Source: Candidatus Sumerlaeia bacterium
GTDB lineage: Bacteria > Sumerlaeota > Sumerlaeia > SLMS01
Direction: 5' to 3'
DNA: 10,827 bases
NCBI GenBank assembly: GCA_038208905.1
Contig: JBBQYG010000142.1
Coordinates: 1-10,827 of the forward strand
Part shown: positions 7,964 to 10,827 of the stretch, one piece after another
Layout of the letters: each line of letters opens with the position of its first letter
How positions within the stretch are numbered: the first letter of the stretch is position 1
Translations under genes and position numbers: made by a program
The notes under the pieces: generated by a model
What the model was told of the DNA's origin: nothing
Database searches by the model: none
What the model saw: only the letters and a program-made list of their open reading frames with translations

Positions 7964-8631
7964 TTTGCTGGCAACCTCGGAGTTGTCGCATCGCGCAGAT
8001 ATACGGCCGCCACGCGGTCGGGCGGTATCGCTTCGCCGCGCTGGAACGCCCTCCACGCCAGGGCGCCTGTTGCGGCGGGAGTTGGAAACAGCGCATCGGT
8101 CCCGTCGAGTTCGCCAAGCCCCGCCAAGTGGGAATCGAAGTATCGGCGCGCGCCTTCACCGCGAAAGATGGCACGGCGGCCGACGAGCAAGCCAGACAGC
8201 GCATCCGGCGAATCGCAGGAATCCGCGGTCTCGCGAACCAGTCCCGCCGGGCAATGGGAGAAGATGGCGAAATAGACTTCGCCAACCCGGGCGTCGAGGA
8301 CCGGGACGACGAGTCCGCTGGCGGCTGGCGTGGCAAGTGCCTCAAGGCTCGAGACGGTGATGCAGGACCGCGCGAGCGACCAGGCGAGTCCCTTGACGAT
8401 GGCGAGACCCACGCGCACCCCCGTGAACGCGCCGGGGCCGTGGGACGCCGCGAGGGCGTCCACGTCGCGCCATGCGAGGCCGTTGTGCGAGAGGAGAGCC
8501 TCCGCCGCGGCGAGGCACTCGCGGCTGTGCGATGGCGCCCCGTCGAGGCGTGCCTCGCCCACGACCGCGCCATCGCGGAGCAGCGCAACCCCGCCCGAGG
8601 GGCTTGCTGTCTCGAAAGCGAGAAGGATCAC
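7960..8631 (-). CDS. tsaB: tRNA threonylcarbamoyladenosine (t6A) biosynthesis protein TsaB, 223 aa
   Basis: [52 protein letters not shown] and a terminal VYLR match TsaB/YeaZ. GTG 8631 has GGAGG at 8643-8639 and overlaps the upstream TGA. Adjacent to tsaE. Confidence 0.92.
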   Translation of the reverse strand: MILLAFETASPSGGVALLRDGAVVGEARLDGAPSHSRECLAAAEALLSHNGLAWRDVDALAASHGPGAFTGVRVGLAIVKGLAWSLARSCITVSSLEALATPAASGLVVPVLDARVGEVYFAIFSHCPAGLVRETADSCDSPDALSGLLVGRRAIFRGEGARRYFDSHLAGLGELDGTDALFPTPAATGALAWRAFQRGEAIPPDRVAAVYLRDATTPRLPAK

Positions 8632-9626
8632 GCCCGTGCCTCCATGATTCTTCGCGCTGCGAAGGGGAGGGAACCCGTTGGAGACATTGCGTTGACAAGG
8701 CGCCTCTCTGTCGAGTCGATGTCTATATGCATATGCAGCAGGAGGGGGCCAAGCTGATCGGCGAATCGCTCGGCCCACTCGACTGCCCGGATGGCGTGGG
8801 CCGCGCCGCCAGCCTCGTAGCCCGCGCTGGCAAGGTCGTCGCGCGAGTCGAGACGATAGAAGTCCCAATGCTCGAAGGGGATCGAGCCGGTGTCGTAGGT
8901 GCGGCAGAGCGTGTAGGTAGGGCTTTGAACGGGGCCCTCGATGCCAAGTCCGCGGGCGATGCCGCGCGCGAGGACCGATTTTCCCGCGCCCATCGGGGCG
9001 TCCAGCGCCACCAAGTCCCCGGGCAGGAGATGCCGCGACAGCTCGCGCCCAAGACTTTCCGTGTCTTCCTCGGTTGCACAAATCGCCCGAACGGAGATCG
9101 ACGGCCCGGATCTGCCGCCCCAAACGGGATGCCCCAGGTCGCCGGGTTCCGTTTCGCGCTCGATGGCAAGCCCGTCGGCGTGAGCCTCGCAGAGCGGACC
9201 CCACGCCGGGTGGAGGTCTGCGACCTCGCGAAATGGCAAATAGACAAAGGGGCGCCGCGCGATCCACGGGTGGGGAAGCGCCAATTCTTGGTCGTCCGAT
9301 TCCGTGTCGTCAGAGGCCAGTAGATCGAGGTCCAGCGTGCGCGGGCCCCACTTCTCGATGCGCTGGCGTCCGAGCGCGTCCTCGATACGGCGCAACTCCC
9401 CGAGGAATGCGCGCGGATCGCATTGGCCATCCCTGACGACGATCACTGCGTTGAGGAATGGATCGAGATCCTCCCGTCCCCATCCCGCGCTTGTATAGAC
9501 GCGCGAGGCGGCGACGACGCTCGCGCCGGGGAGTCGGTCGATCATCGCGAGGGCCGTGTCGAGATAGCGCAGCCGATCCCCTAGATTGGAGCCAAGCGCC
9601 ACGACGTGGAGCCGTTCACTTGACAT
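8628..9626 (-). CDS. folK-tsaE: Fusion protein: FolK (6-hydroxymethyl-7,8-dihydropterin pyrophosphokinase, aa ~5-150) plus TsaE (t6A ATPase, aa ~177-315), 332 aa
   Basis: FolK motifs: [51 protein letters not shown]. TsaE motifs: [16 protein letters not shown] (Walker A), [21 protein letters not shown]. One uninterrupted reading frame. Confidence 0.9.
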   Translation of the reverse strand: MSSERLHVVALGSNLGDRLRYLDTALAMIDRLPGASVVAASRVYTSAGWGREDLDPFLNAVIVVRDGQCDPRAFLGELRRIEDALGRQRIEKWGPRTLDLDLLASDDTESDDQELALPHPWIARRPFVYLPFREVADLHPAWGPLCEAHADGLAIERETEPGDLGHPVWGGRSGPSISVRAICATEEDTESLGRELSRHLLPGDLVALDAPMGAGKSVLARGIARGLGIEGPVQSPTYTLCRTYDTGSIPFEHWDFYRLDSRDDLASAGYEAGGAAHAIRAVEWAERFADQLGPLLLHMHIDIDSTERRLVNAMSPTGSLPFAARRIMEARA

Positions 9627-10827
9627 GCTTTTTCCCGCGAGGTGCCTTGGCTGGCTCCAAGGAGGGAGCCTCCACCACGGGCGAGGCGGCGACCTCTGGC
9701 GTGGGCGGCTCTTCGGCTTCGTCCAGAAGGCCGAACTTCTCCAGCCGATAGCGGAGCGTTGCGCGGGAGAGGCCGAGCAACTTCGCGGCGGCGGACTTGT
9801 TCTGTCGCGCGCGTGTCAGCGCCTGGGCCAGCAACTCCTTCTCGTGCTCCTCCATGCTGAAACCCACTTCGGGAATGCGGAAGGGATGCCACGGGCTGCG
9901 CGCGGGGGCGGCGGCCTCGGCCTGGGCGCTGGGGCCAAGGGAGGGACCGTTCTCCGAAATGGTGCTGCGCGAGCCGAGATTCCGCAGCCGATCCAACGTG
10001 TCGATGCGCAAACTCGCGGGTCGAAGTACTTCGCCGTCCAGGAGGATCACCGCGCGCTCGATCGTGTTCTGAAGCTCGCGCACATTGCCATCCCAGCGGT
10101 GCGAGAGAAGCACGCGTTCTGCCTCGGGATCGATGGAGGGCACCTTCTTCCCCATCTCGCGGCAGAAGCGCTTGAGGAAATGCTCCGCCAGCGGGATGAT
10201 ATCCGCCACGCGATCGCGGAGCGGCGGAATCACGATGGGGAACACGTTCAGGCGATAGAAGAGGTCTTCGCGGAACTTGCCTTCCTGCACCATGCGCGCA
10301 AGATTGCGGTTTGTCGCCGCGATAAAGCGGATGTCCGTGCGGATCGTCTTAAGGCCGCCGACGCGCTCGAACTCCTGATTCTCCAGCGCGCGTAGCACTT
10401 TCGACTGAAGCGGCAGCGCCAGCTCGCCGATCTCGTCGAGGAACAGCGAGCCGCCCGTGGCGAGTTCGAACTTCCCGCGCTTGGCGTCGGTGGCTCCCGT
10501 GAAAGCGCCGCGCTCATGGCCGAAGAGCTCGCTCTCAAGCAGGTTCTCCGGAATCGCCGCGCAGTTGAGCGCCACGAAGGGACCGCGCGCGCGAAGCGAC
10601 GCCTCGTGGATGGCGCGCGTCACCAATTCCTTGCCGGTCCCCGATTCTCCATAGGCCATCACGGTGGAATTCGACGTGGCGACCTGCTGGGCGAGGGCCA
10701 GGACCTCGTGCATCTCGGTGCTCTCCGCGATGATGGCCTCGAAGGCATAGCGCGAGCGCAGTTCCCCGCGCAGCACGCGGTTCTCGCTGATCAACTGGCG
10801 GCGCTCCAGCGCCTTCTCCACCGCGAG
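9616..10827 (-). CDS. Sigma-54-dependent transcriptional activator (NtrC/AtoC family, AAA+ plus Fis-type HTH), 5'-truncated by the window edge
   Basis: GESGTGKE (Walker A), [33 protein letters not shown] (Walker B), [21 protein letters not shown] and [23 protein letters not shown]. The frame is open to base 10827; '[17 protein letters not shown]' resembles the helix following a receiver domain. Confidence 0.95.
   Translation of the reverse strand, partial: LAVEKALERRQLISENRVLRGELRSRYAFEAIIAESTEMHEVLALAQQVATSNSTVMAYGESGTGKELVTRAIHEASLRARGPFVALNCAAIPENLLESELFGHERGAFTGATDAKRGKFELATGGSLFLDEIGELALPLQSKVLRALENQEFERVGGLKTIRTDIRFIAATNRNLARMVQEGKFREDLFYRLNVFPIVIPPLRDRVADIIPLAEHFLKRFCREMGKKVPSIDPEAERVLLSHRWDGNVRELQNTIERAVILLDGEVLRPASLRIDTLDRLRNLGSRSTISENGPSLGPSAQAEAAAPARSPWHPFRIPEVGFSMEEHEKELLAQALTRARQNKSAAAKLLGLSRATLRYRLEKFGLLDEAEEPPTPEVAASPVVEAPSLEPAKAPRGKKHVK

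Noticed and set aside
8976..8999. TsaE Walker A reads APMGAGKS rather than the usual GxLGAGKT
   Set aside because: It still fits [AG]x4GK[ST], so there is no evidence of inactivation.
8632..9267. 212-aa N-terminal extension of TsaB implied by the 7960..9267 ORF
   Set aside because: It is Arg/Gly-rich off-frame sequence overlapping tsaE. The TsaB homology begins at GTG 8631, which has a GGAGG ribosome-binding site.

Overview
A gene-dense, high-GC bacterial chromosomal window with no recognisable rRNA, tRNA, CRISPR array or transposase. From the left on the + strand are the 3' part of a DUF1385-type membrane protein gene and an 88-aa unknown gene. These converge on a - strand UDP-glucuronate decarboxylase-type SDR gene. 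Divergent from that gene is a + strand three-gene cassette: an atypical 82-aa antitoxin candidate, a VapC/PIN toxin and a Gpr/YghZ-type aldo-keto reductase, joined by 4-nt stop/start overlaps. The rest is a - strand run, in transcription order: sigma-54 enhancer-binding protein (5'-truncated), a FolK-TsaE fusion, tsaB, an MFS transporter, then a large exported TPR protein coupled to a 108-aa protein. That small protein looks like a stand-alone N-terminal domain of the PilT/PilU retraction ATPase family with no ATPase domain. The most unusual items are the ATPase-less 'mini-PilT' coupled to the TPR gene, the in-frame FolK-TsaE fusion, and the TA-AKR coupling. All calls come from motif recognition by eye; no database searches were run, so novelty is unverified.
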